From IMG/VR virus record IMGVR_UViG_3300029288_000065, positions 64,001-128,000 of that record: a DNA stretch of 64,000 nt. The stretch is one strand, 5' to 3'. Of this stretch, positions 9,612-20,476 are shown piece by piece; the first letter of the stretch is position 1, and each line of letters opens with the position of its first letter. Both the position numbers and the translations under genes were made by a program. The DNA is from a virus (taxonomy: Duplodnaviria; Caudoviricetes). Below the pieces are notes generated by a model. The model was not told the origin of the DNA. It ran no database searches and worked only from the letters and a program-made list of their open reading frames with translations.

Positions 9612-12600
9612 ATGCCAGATGCTCCTCAAGTAAGCAGATATGATCCAAGTTTCCAGAGGTTTGATATACAGAATAACCGTACCGGTTTTAAACCAGTATC
9701 TCTTCCATTGATTTTGATAGTTCCAGGTAGACGAATAAATAATATCCCAGTTCCAAATTCAGATGTCTCCAATGTGAAATTTTATATTGCAGATGCACCA
9801 GACGCAGCTCTGGTTGCAGGTTTTGAGCATAAATTACTACGGATTCCCAGTTCAGAATTATTCACATTAAACGTCTCCAGATTACAATTGGTTAATACAC
9901 AGATAAATCTTGATGCAATGGTATATTATTATCCAAATGATCCAACAACGATATTTTCTTGGGCGGATGCGCAGGATGGAATGGTTTTCGATTATACTAC
10001 TACCTACAGCAATATTAAAGGGCAAATAATATATCACCCAGACGCTGATTATTATGATGTATCACATTTCGTTTTGGATGTTGAAGGTTTACCACGTCCA
10101 AAACCTTATCTTTTTATTTGGGAATGTCAGTATTATGGAAGAATAATTTTGGACCCCTCCCAGGCATCTACACGAGGTGCTTTCTGTATTGATAATAATT
10201 TAAAGCTCACGAGATTCACCTATTTGATGTATCATCCTGGTGATATTCATAATGAAATGGTCAAGAAAACACCAGCTCTTTATTTTAAAGAGAATGTTCC
10301 GATGTCAGAAGATCAGCTTATCGCTTTCTATAGACCTTTTGCTGATTTACTCCAGGATGTTACAGATGAACAAGGTTTCCTTTATGGGATTAATTTTATT
10401 GACAGAGTCCCAATACAATTACTTCCTTACTTGGCATATTTAATAGGTTGGGATTTACCAAATTATCCATCGGCTACAGACACACTTAGAAGATCAATAT
10501 TACACCAAGCTGTGTATCTCCAGAAATTGAAAGGCTCTCGAAGAGCTATCTCAGAATTGTTCGAAATTTTTGGATTTACTATTGAATTAATCAACCTTTG
10601 GTATTCATCTGATGGGAAAACACTTATTAGCCCAGATGAGAAACCTCCAGCAGAATTGAGTAGTAATACAATAGTCTCAAAAGAAGTTTGTCAAATAGAA
10701 CCGATGTTTGCTGATTATAAGACAGATGGCTTTGGAGTTTTTGGTGTACCTCTGATGTATAAGGCTTCAGGTAACATAACTCTAAATGCTTGGTTATTGA
10801 AAGATGGTACAACTGCTACACAACTAAACCAAGTTGTGACAGATTTAACTGACAATCCAGATTTGTTGGTTGGACAATGTCAAACATCTGCGGATGGTTT
10901 TTTAATTCCAAAGGCTATTATTGATATTATTTCTGGAAGTACTGATATTCTTTCTTATAGTGAAATTTTAATCAATAAGGACACAGGATTACCAGTTGGG
11001 AATCTTAGTTCCTCAGTTCCTGTTTTGAATACGCAGAACATAAAATATGATAAACTTAATAATACTATTAATATGGCTTTTGACCATTATATTGAATTTT
11101 CTGGAACTACTCTTTTTATTTTCGCAACATATCCGAGAATTCAATTGACAATTCCGCCAATAATCGAGGGTCTGCGATCAAACAGATTTGATGTAAAGCT
11201 ACTGCTAGACGAAGAGCAAATTCCAGAGATTGATCTTATTGAATTCTTGATGAATTTCTTATTTAAGTTGAAAGCTTTCCATTCTCTTCTTAGGAAAATA
11301 AGATATTCTTTGACATTCTCTGAAGTTTACAACGTTACTGATTATTGCTCTGAAAATTTCAATAAATACCAGTTGCCACCTCCTGTACAACCTCCTGATA
11401 GTTCGGGAGAATGTGTTCCTTTTGTTTCTACTGAAACTACACAATTACGTAATAAGATTTATGACCTTCTGACAGAGGAACATGCTGCTTGGAAGGCATA
11501 CGACAATACTCACCAGGCTACACAAGATGATTTGAAAGTTCCGGTCAATACACCAGATGGTACGACATGTCAGTTTACCAAATATGGTCAGGATAGAGTA
11601 ATATCTGATGATTCTTTAAATCTTGATCTTGTACCTGACACTCGTGAGAAGATGTGTGACCTGGTTTCTCCTGCTCCTCCTTTCTGTTTTAAGGGGAGAG
11701 TCAAGGATGAGGTTGATCCTGTACCAAGAATGATTTTTACGGAGATTTCTAGGTGTAAACCTTGTCAATTAAGTTTTGGATCTGGTTTTTATTGGATGTT
11801 CGATACGAATTCTACCTTACTACTCACTAATGGATTTGGACAATATCAGGGTCAAAATAGAAGAAGTTTCTTGGGGAAGAAGATTTTCCAATATAATCAT
11901 CCACATAACTCGCTGCATTATTCTGACCGTCCTGAAATGACTGCATACCAATGGGACAATACTCAATTATTGGCTTATCAGAGGCCACAACTTGAAATTC
12001 AGAAGGATAACCTTGGTTTTCCAGCACACAGGTTTATTTCACACAATAAATTGAAAAATGATTTCACTTCTTCTCATTGGATGGCCAAACCTTGGGATAA
12101 TGAAGATAATGATTTGAATGCTCAATTGATAACTGGGACAAATGGTGACCAATATTTGGTTTTTGATAATGAACCTGTTGTCTACCTTGGAAATAATCTT
12201 GATCCTGATATATCATCTTATGGAACGCATGATGATAGATCATTCTTGGTAACTCATAGAGTTTATATGCATACTACTCCTGGCCACCCAGCAATAACAC
12301 TTGATTGGCGTATTCAAGAGACAACTCAGCAGGAAATTTCATTCGATTCTACATTGCCATTTGGCCCAATTTTTAGATCTTTTAATCAGAGATGTAACGC
12401 TGATTATAGAAGTGGGTATCCATCAGACACCGGTAGATTTTCAGTTGACCCTGCAGATCTCGAATGGGATCGTGGTGCCAGTGATATTGGTGGAGATGTT
12501 CTTGGTTTACCAACCAGAACAAGTATAACTGGTTTGACGGCACTTTTCAGGTCTGGTAGTCAGATTCTTTTAGATGAATCTGATTATTTATATGGATTTT

Positions 12601-13412
12601 ACAAACCTTATCGGAATGATTGTGAATGTGTGAAGTATGGTTGCGATGCTTCTGGGATGACTGCTAGTACGGATTATGAATATCTTTTAAATATTGATCC
12701 TTGTTTATTAAATGTTTACATTCAATCAGATGGTACCTATGATTTTAATTGCGACCAACTTCATATTGATCCAAGAGCTATCTTGAATGAGTTTTTTGGA
12801 ACATGTTCCTTTATGAGTGATGGTGAGATCCCAACTTCTTTCTGTATTTCGCCTATTACACCTCAGAAAGGTACGATTCGATACAAGGATACTTATGATG
12901 TAATTTACGAACTGTCTTGGGAATTTAAGAATGATAGTACAGGGAGTTGGTTAGATATTACAAGTGTTACCAAATCTCCTCATGTTTGGGGAGAGCCCGA
13001 TACTGGGTATATTAAAGATTTAAAGGTTTTCAGACGTGGGATCGTGACTACTTGTAGACAGATTCTAAAAATTCTTGGGTATAATGATTATACTATTGAA
13101 GCGCGTTGGAATACACAGGTAGTTGATTTCTTCCAATCAAATTTGGTTTGCGGTGATATTCCGTTTACTGATGATTTTTGTAATCATTTTGATTGTATGA
13201 TATCTGAGGATGTTTTACCTGTTGTTGATTGTGGTTCTCGGTTCTCTGATCCTGGGGATGGAAGTGTAGAATGGGGTGACTTAATCACCAATACTGCTGG
13301 TATAGTAGTTGGGATTTCTTACTCGGTTCAACCTTTCCAATGGGTAAATGTTTGGGATAATGATGATGGATTGGTTGTTGTTGGGTGTGGCACAGGTACT
13401 GGTAGTGCATAA
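9612..13412 (+). CDS. Baseplate/tail protein with P2 gpI-like domain
   Basis: LLPYLAYLIGWD...LRRSI...LQKLKGSRRAISELFEIFG signature; 1266 aa, Cys-rich C-terminal half. Confidence 0.75.
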   Translation: MPDAPQVSRYDPSFQRFDIQNNRTGFKPVSLPLILIVPGRRINNIPVPNSDVSNVKFYIADAPDAALVAGFEHKLLRIPSSELFTLNVSRLQLVNTQINLDAMVYYYPNDPTTIFSWADAQDGMVFDYTTTYSNIKGQIIYHPDADYYDVSHFVLDVEGLPRPKPYLFIWECQYYGRIILDPSQASTRGAFCIDNNLKLTRFTYLMYHPGDIHNEMVKKTPALYFKENVPMSEDQLIAFYRPFADLLQDVTDEQGFLYGINFIDRVPIQLLPYLAYLIGWDLPNYPSATDTLRRSILHQAVYLQKLKGSRRAISELFEIFGFTIELINLWYSSDGKTLISPDEKPPAELSSNTIVSKEVCQIEPMFADYKTDGFGVFGVPLMYKASGNITLNAWLLKDGTTATQLNQVVTDLTDNPDLLVGQCQTSADGFLIPKAIIDIISGSTDILSYSEILINKDTGLPVGNLSSSVPVLNTQNIKYDKLNNTINMAFDHYIEFSGTTLFIFATYPRIQLTIPPIIEGLRSNRFDVKLLLDEEQIPEIDLIEFLMNFLFKLKAFHSLLRKIRYSLTFSEVYNVTDYCSENFNKYQLPPPVQPPDSSGECVPFVSTETTQLRNKIYDLLTEEHAAWKAYDNTHQATQDDLKVPVNTPDGTTCQFTKYGQDRVISDDSLNLDLVPDTREKMCDLVSPAPPFCFKGRVKDEVDPVPRMIFTEISRCKPCQLSFGSGFYWMFDTNSTLLLTNGFGQYQGQNRRSFLGKKIFQYNHPHNSLHYSDRPEMTAYQWDNTQLLAYQRPQLEIQKDNLGFPAHRFISHNKLKNDFTSSHWMAKPWDNEDNDLNAQLITGTNGDQYLVFDNEPVVYLGNNLDPDISSYGTHDDRSFLVTHRVYMHTTPGHPAITLDWRIQETTQQEISFDSTLPFGPIFRSFNQRCNADYRSGYPSDTGRFSVDPADLEWDRGASDIGGDVLGLPTRTSITGLTALFRSGSQILLDESDYLYGFYKPYRNDCECVKYGCDASGMTASTDYEYLLNIDPCLLNVYIQSDGTYDFNCDQLHIDPRAILNEFFGTCSFMSDGEIPTSFCISPITPQKGTIRYKDTYDVIYELSWEFKNDSTGSWLDITSVTKSPHVWGEPDTGYIKDLKVFRRGIVTTCRQILKILGYNDYTIEARWNTQVVDFFQSNLVCGDIPFTDDFCNHFDCMISEDVLPVVDCGSRFSDPGDGSVEWGDLITNTAGIVVGISYSVQPFQWVNVWDNDDGLVVVGCGTGTGSA

Positions 13413-13444
13413 ACAAATATAGTTGGAAAGGATAGGAGAATCCC

Positions 13445-13906
13445 ATGAGGAAGTTTCTTGGTAAATTGGATGTAATGCTTGAAGAGGAGACAGGTATTAC
13501 TCCTCCTCCTGGAAATGAACAAGAAATTACACAAGCTGCCAATGATATAATCCAAATAGCATGTCAGCTTCAAGATACAATAGCTACACACAAACGCGGG
13601 CTGGAAGATGCAGAAATACAATTACAGAATATTGTTGAACAATTAAATACAAAGCTCGGTTGGGAGATCCGAAAACGTCAACCAAAGTTGATGATTGCTC
13701 ACAGAGATGGGACTTGTAATGCTGGATATTATTCAAATAATCTCCAATTCCGTCCTGACTTGGCTGGAAAAGTTTGGAACGTTGATGGTCCTCAAGCGAG
13801 AATGTTCCGTAGGGAATTTGAACACTCCTTACCTTTAACAAATGATCTTGGAGGCTTGGCTGATTCGGTAGTCAAGTTCTTCAAAACGAGGTACAAGACA
13901 CTTTAA
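13445..13906 (+). CDS. Putative head-associated protein (LDxxLEE motif)
   Basis: N-terminal FLGKLDVMLEE; AAATA motif and SD upstream. Confidence 0.5.
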   Translation: MRKFLGKLDVMLEEETGITPPPGNEQEITQAANDIIQIACQLQDTIATHKRGLEDAEIQLQNIVEQLNTKLGWEIRKRQPKLMIAHRDGTCNAGYYSNNLQFRPDLAGKVWNVDGPQARMFRREFEHSLPLTNDLGGLADSVVKFFKTRYKTL

Positions 13907-13907
13907 C

Positions 13908-14936
13908 ATGGAAAATCATCTCCGAGAAGATGTACACATAAGTTTAAAGACAATATTCTACATCTTCGACGAATATTGTAAAATTCACGGCTATTTCTAT
14001 GATATCGTAAATGATGAACCAAATTGCCAGGGATTTCTAGTAAAGGCTGACAGACAACCACTTTACGATTATATGAAGTCACATGCTGATCGTCTTCACG
14101 TTATTATTGATACAAGTGAAAGGAAAGATGGAGTATTATTCAAGTTTGCCCTTGAAGCAATAAATGATGGTCATTGGGAAGTGAAAACTGACGATATTAG
14201 TATGAGTCCTTTTGCAAATAGAGAAGACGCTGAAAAAGTTCGGAAAAATGAGACGATGTATCAGAAGAAGGGTTTCAAGAAGTTATCAAGTAGAGTGGAT
14301 GAAACTGTAGCAGTACAGAGAGAGCCAGACACAAATTTTGGAGTTCCAGGGACTGGTTCTGAACGGACAAATATTTGTTCTGATGAACCGAGAAAGAGAA
14401 CGCAACCAAAGATTGGTCGACAAGATTTAACAGATGTGGCGAAGAAAACTCCTTCCGAGATAATAAAGAAATCACAGGAAGTCAAGCCTTTGGCTTATAA
14501 TCCTAGAGAAGATTTTGATCGTGTTCTGGATACTCTGCTTGAACGTACGCAACCAAGAATTAGTCAGGGACATGTTGATGATCCGAAGAATTTAGTTGGA
14601 TCTTCGACCCGAAATCCAGAATCGGTGGTCCCTAATCCTGCTCATTTACCGGAAGAGCCTTTAACAGTTCCTGAAGAACCGATTGATCCTTTCCGTGGGA
14701 AAGTTGGGATGACTGGGGTACGTCAAGAAGCTGGGGCGTCTGCCACTCCTCCAATAAAGAATGCTGTTGGACAACTTCCTTCAGGTGGTGAGGGTGCTTT
14801 CCAACCCACCCAGATTCAGAAGATTCCGCCAATTGGCATGCCTCCGACACCGAGAAATATACCACGGAAAACTATTCCTATAAATCTTCCTCCGCCCAAG
14901 AATACTCCTGCATTTAGGAAGTTAAGTAGTAGATAA
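13908..14936 (+). CDS. Putative head-associated protein, Pro-rich C-terminus
   Basis: Internal FDRVLDTLLE; low-complexity tail. Confidence 0.5.
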   Translation: MENHLREDVHISLKTIFYIFDEYCKIHGYFYDIVNDEPNCQGFLVKADRQPLYDYMKSHADRLHVIIDTSERKDGVLFKFALEAINDGHWEVKTDDISMSPFANREDAEKVRKNETMYQKKGFKKLSSRVDETVAVQREPDTNFGVPGTGSERTNICSDEPRKRTQPKIGRQDLTDVAKKTPSEIIKKSQEVKPLAYNPREDFDRVLDTLLERTQPRISQGHVDDPKNLVGSSTRNPESVVPNPAHLPEEPLTVPEEPIDPFRGKVGMTGVRQEAGASATPPIKNAVGQLPSGGEGAFQPTQIQKIPPIGMPPTPRNIPRKTIPINLPPPKNTPAFRKLSSR

Positions 14937-14978
14937 TTGGGCAAGACCAAAAATACCATATAGGAAGAGAAGAAACCC

Positions 14979-15608
14979 ATGGATGAATTCGATAATAGAA
15001 TACGATTTGATCCACCTCCAATCAATTTCACTGATGATGTGGGAACTACAGGTCAGACCCATGATACTTACCCAGCACCCAATCAGCAGCCACGATATGA
15101 TTGGATGAGGATGTTCCTTATTGGTCTTCTTTCACTTCAGTCTTCAGATGATGCTCCTACACAGTATAGAACTGGTACTATGTGGTTTAGACGTGGTGAT
15201 AAGGCGATTCTTCAATGGAATGGATCTGCTTGGGTAGATATTTCTGATCATATTGTAATGAGGGTTGGTACTTCATCGGTTTCATTACAGAGTTTTTATG
15301 AGACAACAGTTGCCAAATTAAACTCTGTTATGCCAAGATACACATTTGGTGGAAAGTTTACCAAGAATGATCCTACTTATATTCCACTTCCTGATGTGAT
15401 TGGCTCTGCAATGGTTGGGTATCTAACAATTTTGAGACCACTTCTCTATGTAAATGGTCAGTTGATTGATCCGAGATTAATTCAGTTTAGTAGTGGTATT
15501 CCTATTACTGTTGAACTTCCTACTACATTGGGTATAAAAACAGACGATATTTTTACTGTGATCATTGAACGGTTTGATTTATTTGTTGATACAGAGATGT
15601 TGGCATAA
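14979..15608 (+). CDS. Putative tail structural protein
   Basis: GTMWF...LQWNGSAWV fibre-type motif; structural gene context. Confidence 0.55.
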   Translation: MDEFDNRIRFDPPPINFTDDVGTTGQTHDTYPAPNQQPRYDWMRMFLIGLLSLQSSDDAPTQYRTGTMWFRRGDKAILQWNGSAWVDISDHIVMRVGTSSVSLQSFYETTVAKLNSVMPRYTFGGKFTKNDPTYIPLPDVIGSAMVGYLTILRPLLYVNGQLIDPRLIQFSSGIPITVELPTTLGIKTDDIFTVIIERFDLFVDTEMLA

Positions 15609-15618
15609 GGAGCGATGG

Positions 15619-16707
15619 ATGAGCCAGAAGATTGAAATCCCAGAAACCGTCAAGGTTTGCATGCCTGGTGATGATCTGAAAAGGCCAAAACGAGAGGCAT
15701 GTCAGGGTGTAATTGAATTTATTGTTAAGGATAAAAATGGCCAAATAGTCCAACGTTGGGAAGAACCAAATATTGTTAAGATTTTCGCAAAAGAAATGCT
15801 CTCACACAGATTACCTTCGTCACAATACTGGGACCCACTGGCTAGTAGCGGTGCAGGTGCCTGGGTAAACACAGACCTTGACCCTGATGAAGAATTCTCA
15901 GCAAGATATATTCTCCTTGGTGCGTCATTTGACGCCAATGGAATACCAATTGATAATGACCCAAGGTATTATACTACTGACCCTGTTACAAATACTATTG
16001 TACCGATTCGTTTGGAACCAGGCGCAGATTATGATGGGGAATTAATCAATTCAATTCCTCTTACAGACCCAAATCGTCCTTTAAAAAAGATCGAAGCCAT
16101 TGATTTCCAACCAACTTATCAACCTGCCGGTCAACCTTTACTCCAGAGCGACGTTAGAGCTATTAACAATATTGTGTTACTCCAGACTACGATAAAGCTT
16201 GATGAATATAATGGTTTTGGTCTAACTGATAGTGATTTCTTTGTTCTAACTGAGGTTGCTTTGGCTGGTGGTCGTAAGATTGATAGTGTTGATAATTGTG
16301 AATGCAAACCACGTGAATTATTCTTGGAAGGTCCAACAGGTTCTGCTGGGGTTGCTTTGCATTGTGTTGCCAATGGTAGTGACGTTATTTCGATTGACCC
16401 GAGTGAAACAGAGGTTGATCTTATTAAGCAGGGTGATCAGATAAAGATTGTTGGTCCTGATGATTCTCAAGGTGAGGAGACTTTATCACAGGTGTCTCCT
16501 TTTTATTTGGTCATGAGTAAGGCTGTTGGTGGCCGAGACATTACTCTTGATCGTACTCCGGTTTTTTCTACTAATACTCCAATTGTTGGAGGTATTGGTG
16601 TTTTCCGTGATACATTGAGGATTTTCTCTCATCGAATTTTGAAGACTCCGGTGAAGAAGAGTGCTGATTTTGAGATTACGATCATTTGGCGAATTATTTT
16701 TAATTAG
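15619..16707 (+). CDS. Tail-collar/baseplate-associated protein
   Basis: GxIEFxVKDKNG...N.V N-terminus, LTEVAL, C-terminal F.HR...PVKK..DF.I.I.W.I.F. Confidence 0.65.
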   Translation: MSQKIEIPETVKVCMPGDDLKRPKREACQGVIEFIVKDKNGQIVQRWEEPNIVKIFAKEMLSHRLPSSQYWDPLASSGAGAWVNTDLDPDEEFSARYILLGASFDANGIPIDNDPRYYTTDPVTNTIVPIRLEPGADYDGELINSIPLTDPNRPLKKIEAIDFQPTYQPAGQPLLQSDVRAINNIVLLQTTIKLDEYNGFGLTDSDFFVLTEVALAGGRKIDSVDNCECKPRELFLEGPTGSAGVALHCVANGSDVISIDPSETEVDLIKQGDQIKIVGPDDSQGEETLSQVSPFYLVMSKAVGGRDITLDRTPVFSTNTPIVGGIGVFRDTLRIFSHRILKTPVKKSADFEITIIWRIIFN

Positions 16708-17120
16708 TCTTGTTTTTGTCTGTCTCGGATTATTGTTTTGAAGATCTCTAATTCTCGTTTTGATAGTTGGTATTGTATACTTGCACTTTCATAACTTAAA
16801 ACCATTGATATTGTCGCGTCACCAACCATCTCTTGGAAAGAGATATGTATATCAGTTGTATACCAATCCAAGTTTGTGAAAATGTGTAATATATTGTATA
16901 ATCCATGGGCGCGGATTTCCATTTTGAATACGTGACCTATGCGGTTATGTGGATTGGCGAATTCTTGGATGTCTTGTGTGTATACATCTTCTGGGATTTC
17001 ACACCACAAGCCATAATAATGTATATCAGTAGGTATAAATATTGTGTATGTTTCATGATATTTATGGTTGTACTTCATAATAAAATCTCGCTGCAAGTCG
17101 AAATTCAGGAATCTTTTCAT
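16704..17120 (-). CDS. Hypothetical protein (EFANP motif)
   Basis: ORF; motif family member. Confidence 0.5.
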   Translation of the reverse strand: MKRFLNFDLQRDFIMKYNHKYHETYTIFIPTDIHYYGLWCEIPEDVYTQDIQEFANPHNRIGHVFKMEIRAHGLYNILHIFTNLDWYTTDIHISFQEMVGDATISMVLSYESASIQYQLSKRELEIFKTIIRDRQKQD

Positions 17121-17159
17121 ACGTTTTCTTATCGTGTTTGCATAATTCCTAAATAATGG

Positions 17160-17603
17160 TTGTTTGATATAATTTCTCGGAGGTGGTTTATGCTTTCAGA
17201 AGACCAGAAGAATATCGTCCGTACAATCATGAATGCTGCTGATCCTCAGAATGTTCTTGATTGGGGATATACAAACGAGACTTCAAGTCATGATTCTTAT
17301 TATATTTCATATAACGAGAAACATGTTGGGTTTTTCCGTTTTGTAGATCCCATCACATTATATGTGAAGGCTGGCAGACATTTTCGAACGTTTGATATTG
17401 CGAATCCAGCAGAGTTTGATGTGAATAATGTTGCGCTCTGGATTATTAGAAGTGTATTATATGATTTTGCCATTAATATTAATGATAATATTACCGATGC
17501 TCCACTTGATTGGAAAATTAAACTAATAGAAAGTTTAAAGAGTGTTCTTATTTGGGCAATGATTATTGGTGGGATTTTGATTGGGATTTCTCTCTTTTTG
17601 TAA
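17160..17603 (+). CDS. Hypothetical protein with C-terminal TM helix (FDIANP motif)
   Basis: Hydrophobic C-terminus VLIWAMIIGGILIGISLFL; start may be downstream (MLSED). Confidence 0.55.
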   Translation: MFDIISRRWFMLSEDQKNIVRTIMNAADPQNVLDWGYTNETSSHDSYYISYNEKHVGFFRFVDPITLYVKAGRHFRTFDIANPAEFDVNNVALWIIRSVLYDFAININDNITDAPLDWKIKLIESLKSVLIWAMIIGGILIGISLFL

Positions 17604-17612
17604 ATATAATGT

Positions 17613-18212
17613 ATGATTTACCAACTATATGGCGGTGGTGGTTTAGGTGACTCATGGGCGTCTGTCAACTATGTTGGCAAGTGTCATGGCACTCTGTCTG
17701 TAATAACAAAAGATAATGCTGTTAAAACAGATATGTTGAACGATATAATTTCGTTGCTTGGAGTCCAAAAGAATGTAAATCTATCGCAGCAACGTGGTGA
17801 TCATAGTTTAACTAGAATGGTTTGGATGAGTCCATATTTGCCTACTGTTAGGCGTTGGAAGCCTGGACCTTTTGGTAGGATTTGTTATCAGTTTGAGGGA
17901 ATTAGTAATGCACATTTGAAACAACCCCCACAGGCTGATTTTGAGAGGCTTGTTAGTTTCGCTCCTGGTTTTCAGTTTGTCAGACTCGGAAAGCCAGCAA
18001 GTTTGATTGAGTCAGTTGAATTGATGTATAAGAGCGATTTGTTTTTGGGGATTTGTAGTGGCTTTTCTCATATTGCTCATAGTATGGGTATTCCAACTTT
18101 TCTAATTCAATATCAGATGCCAATCGCACCGTGGCATCATGGTAAAAAGTATTCATTATGTAATGGGACGAATGAGGCAATTCATGTTGTCAAGTCTTAT
18201 CTGAAGATTTAA
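17613..18212 (+). CDS. GT9-like glycosyltransferase, paralogue of 55236 ORF
   Basis: GGGLGD N-motif; SDLFLGICSGFSHIAHSMGIP. Confidence 0.7.
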   Translation: MIYQLYGGGGLGDSWASVNYVGKCHGTLSVITKDNAVKTDMLNDIISLLGVQKNVNLSQQRGDHSLTRMVWMSPYLPTVRRWKPGPFGRICYQFEGISNAHLKQPPQADFERLVSFAPGFQFVRLGKPASLIESVELMYKSDLFLGICSGFSHIAHSMGIPTFLIQYQMPIAPWHHGKKYSLCNGTNEAIHVVKSYLKI

Positions 18213-18504
18213 TATCTTCAACAACCCATTCATTCCAGGAGACTTTGGAAATTAGTCCTGCTTCCCACCATAAATTGGTGTATTGGTCTCGAATTTTCTT
18301 TATCCACCTAATATCAAATGCTTTCTCTTCTTTTACCCAGATAAACGGAATATTTCCTACACTTTTGACGATGATGTACCTCTCAAGTGCTTCGTTTTTG
18401 AAATAAGTAAAAGTGTACTTTTGAAGACGACACCACGAAAGAAAATCTTTAAAGATTTCCAGAGGATCACATTCTGGATTTGCCAAATCAAACTCTATCT
18501 TCAT
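18190..18504 (-). CDS. Small protein of DLANP family
   Basis: MKIEFDLANPECDP...WWEAGLI. Confidence 0.6.
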   Translation of the reverse strand: MKIEFDLANPECDPLEIFKDFLSWCRLQKYTFTYFKNEALERYIIVKSVGNIPFIWVKEEKAFDIRWIKKIRDQYTNLWWEAGLISKVSWNEWVVEDIKSSDKT

Positions 18505-18814
18505 AATCCTTAAAAGTCCCTGTATATTTATAATTATTCTTTCTCTTACCTATTCGTTTAAAGTGTTTTATTCTCTCACTAAAGTTCACTAAGCACGTAT
18601 CACAAATATAAACTTCCAGGAATTCATAGTCGTCGAAAGGGTCGTATTTTGTGCTCCCGTAGTTTCCGCTTCCTTTAAATATTACGCCTCCATCTAGCAT
18701 TCCCCAATAGAGAAGTCCATTTTTGGATGGTCTAACTTCTTCCTGAAGCATAATCTTCCCGCAACAAATGCAAATACATTTTACTATCTTGGTTGGGGCT
18801 CTCTTTTCAGACAT
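18488..18814 (-). CDS. Cys-containing hypothetical protein
   Basis: CICC...GNYGS..D...ICDTC. Confidence 0.55.
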   Translation of the reverse strand: MSEKRAPTKIVKCICICCGKIMLQEEVRPSKNGLLYWGMLDGGVIFKGSGNYGSTKYDPFDDYEFLEVYICDTCLVNFSERIKHFKRIGKRKNNYKYTGTFKDYEDRV

Positions 18815-19436
18815 TTTTCCCTCGTTTTCTATTCATACCAGGTCTATAAGAGAAGAATCTTTCTGTATTCTCCTTACAATATTCTGCCCATTCCTTTGCT
18901 TTGACAATAATATTAACAATTTTATTTATAATAAATTCCGGATCCCATTGTGGGTTTGCTACAGTTTCGTCACTCCAACTAGCAATAGTCATAATATTAT
19001 AGGAACGTTGCCCTATACCATTTGTATTTGTTATATGAGATATATAAATCCCATTCCCATTCTCGTCACTTTCTGTGTCCCACCCGAAACCGTTTTCTTC
19101 TTGAATCTGTCTTTCTGATTTGTTATTGCAAAAGACTTTAAAGGACATTCCGTAGACTTGTACGTAGAGACAAGTTCCATTTCGACCTCCAATTCCTTTC
19201 TGATATGATGGTTTTAATCGTCTTGATATTGTTTGTTTACTTTCAAGGAGACGTACTAATTCAGATGAGTGCCAACTCTTCCTACTATGTGGTGGGACAA
19301 AGCAGGAGTTGACAGTAGGTACAACAACAGGTGGTTCTTTAACTCTGCTCATAGCAAGTCTAATTTGTGACTTTATGCCTTTTTCTTTCAGGCGTTCTTG
19401 AGTCTTGGTTAATATTCCAAGTAGAACTTCTCTCAT
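18807..19436 (-). CDS. Hypothetical protein (VANPQWDP motif)
   Basis: ORF in coupled minus-strand operon. Confidence 0.55.
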   Translation of the reverse strand: MREVLLGILTKTQERLKEKGIKSQIRLAMSRVKEPPVVVPTVNSCFVPPHSRKSWHSSELVRLLESKQTISRRLKPSYQKGIGGRNGTCLYVQVYGMSFKVFCNNKSERQIQEENGFGWDTESDENGNGIYISHITNTNGIGQRSYNIMTIASWSDETVANPQWDPEFIINKIVNIIVKAKEWAEYCKENTERFFSYRPGMNRKRGKNV

Positions 19437-19855
19437 TGTTTTACCCCTATCTTGAAGATCTTATCTATGTGAGCTACTATCTTTTCTGCGATCTTATCAG
19501 GATCAAAGTGTGGGTCAGCATATTCCCACTTTTCTTCAGTATGCGTAGGACCAAAGAAACATACTAACGTGAATCCTTTTTCGTCGAAATAGAACAGAGA
19601 AGTTAAGAAATCAAACACGAAAACACCGCAAGTTTCTGGCCAACAATATTTTGTTTGAACCATGCGTTTTCCAGGCAATACTTTTGTAATTCTTTGATAT
19701 ACTGCTTTTCCACTTTGATCTTCTGGTTCATTGTCGAGATTTAGTCGTTTTACTACTGCCAGACATTTCGTATAAAGAATTGCACGTATGGCAGTTCTAA
19801 AATTCTCAATGAGTACATCTTCCTGCGGGTTGTCGGCTTCTTTATTATAATACAT
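19433..19855 (-). CDS. Hypothetical protein (WEYADPHFDP motif)
   Basis: ORF in coupled minus-strand operon. Confidence 0.55.
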   Translation of the reverse strand: MYYNKEADNPQEDVLIENFRTAIRAILYTKCLAVVKRLNLDNEPEDQSGKAVYQRITKVLPGKRMVQTKYCWPETCGVFVFDFLTSLFYFDEKGFTLVCFFGPTHTEEKWEYADPHFDPDKIAEKIVAHIDKIFKIGVKQ

Positions 19856-19881
19856 GTCGTATAGTATCTAGGTCTTATTCA

Positions 19882-20442
19882 CTATAAATCATAGTTTGTC
19901 GTCGGTATCTTTGGCTCCATCTTTTCGCGTTTCAAGTAATCAGATGACAAAATGTATGCAAATCTTTGTTGTTTTGCATTCTTTTTCTCTTTCCCGACTG
20001 GTGATTTTTGAATATATCCATAAAGGATAAGAGCTTCCAATCTGAAATAAACCTCTGGTGGTTCCATTCGTTCTTTTTGTTGAGATCTTACCCAAATATT
20101 GGCTTCTCGTTCTATGAAATCTTGACTTACCACACCATTTTCTTGATATTCATCTCTTATAAGTTTAACGATTGCTCTTTGCGTGCTTGATAATTCTTCG
20201 TCATTCAGATAATTGGTTACTTTATGGATCTTCTCTTCGCCAGCTAATAATCTAAATATCATTGAGAAGACTGCCAAAAGCATACCACATACTATTGCTG
20301 CTATTCTTTGTTCGTCATCTATCTGTAGATCGAATCCTGGAATTCCTTTGACGATTCCAAATATGATTAAAATTGCCGCGAATGAGAAAGTTATTCCTGA
20401 AAAACCAGAAAGTCGTTTGAGGATTGAAACCAAGATCTTCAT
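19882..20442 (-). CDS. Membrane protein with two N-terminal TM helices and possible winged-helix C-domain
   Basis: Two hydrophobic segments; 'LEALILYGYIQK' wHTH-like segment. Confidence 0.5.
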   Translation of the reverse strand: MKILVSILKRLSGFSGITFSFAAILIIFGIVKGIPGFDLQIDDEQRIAAIVCGMLLAVFSMIFRLLAGEEKIHKVTNYLNDEELSSTQRAIVKLIRDEYQENGVVSQDFIEREANIWVRSQQKERMEPPEVYFRLEALILYGYIQKSPVGKEKKNAKQQRFAYILSSDYLKREKMEPKIPTTNYDL

Positions 20443-20476
20443 ATTGTATCTTTGTCGTTGGACGATAGAAAACCTT

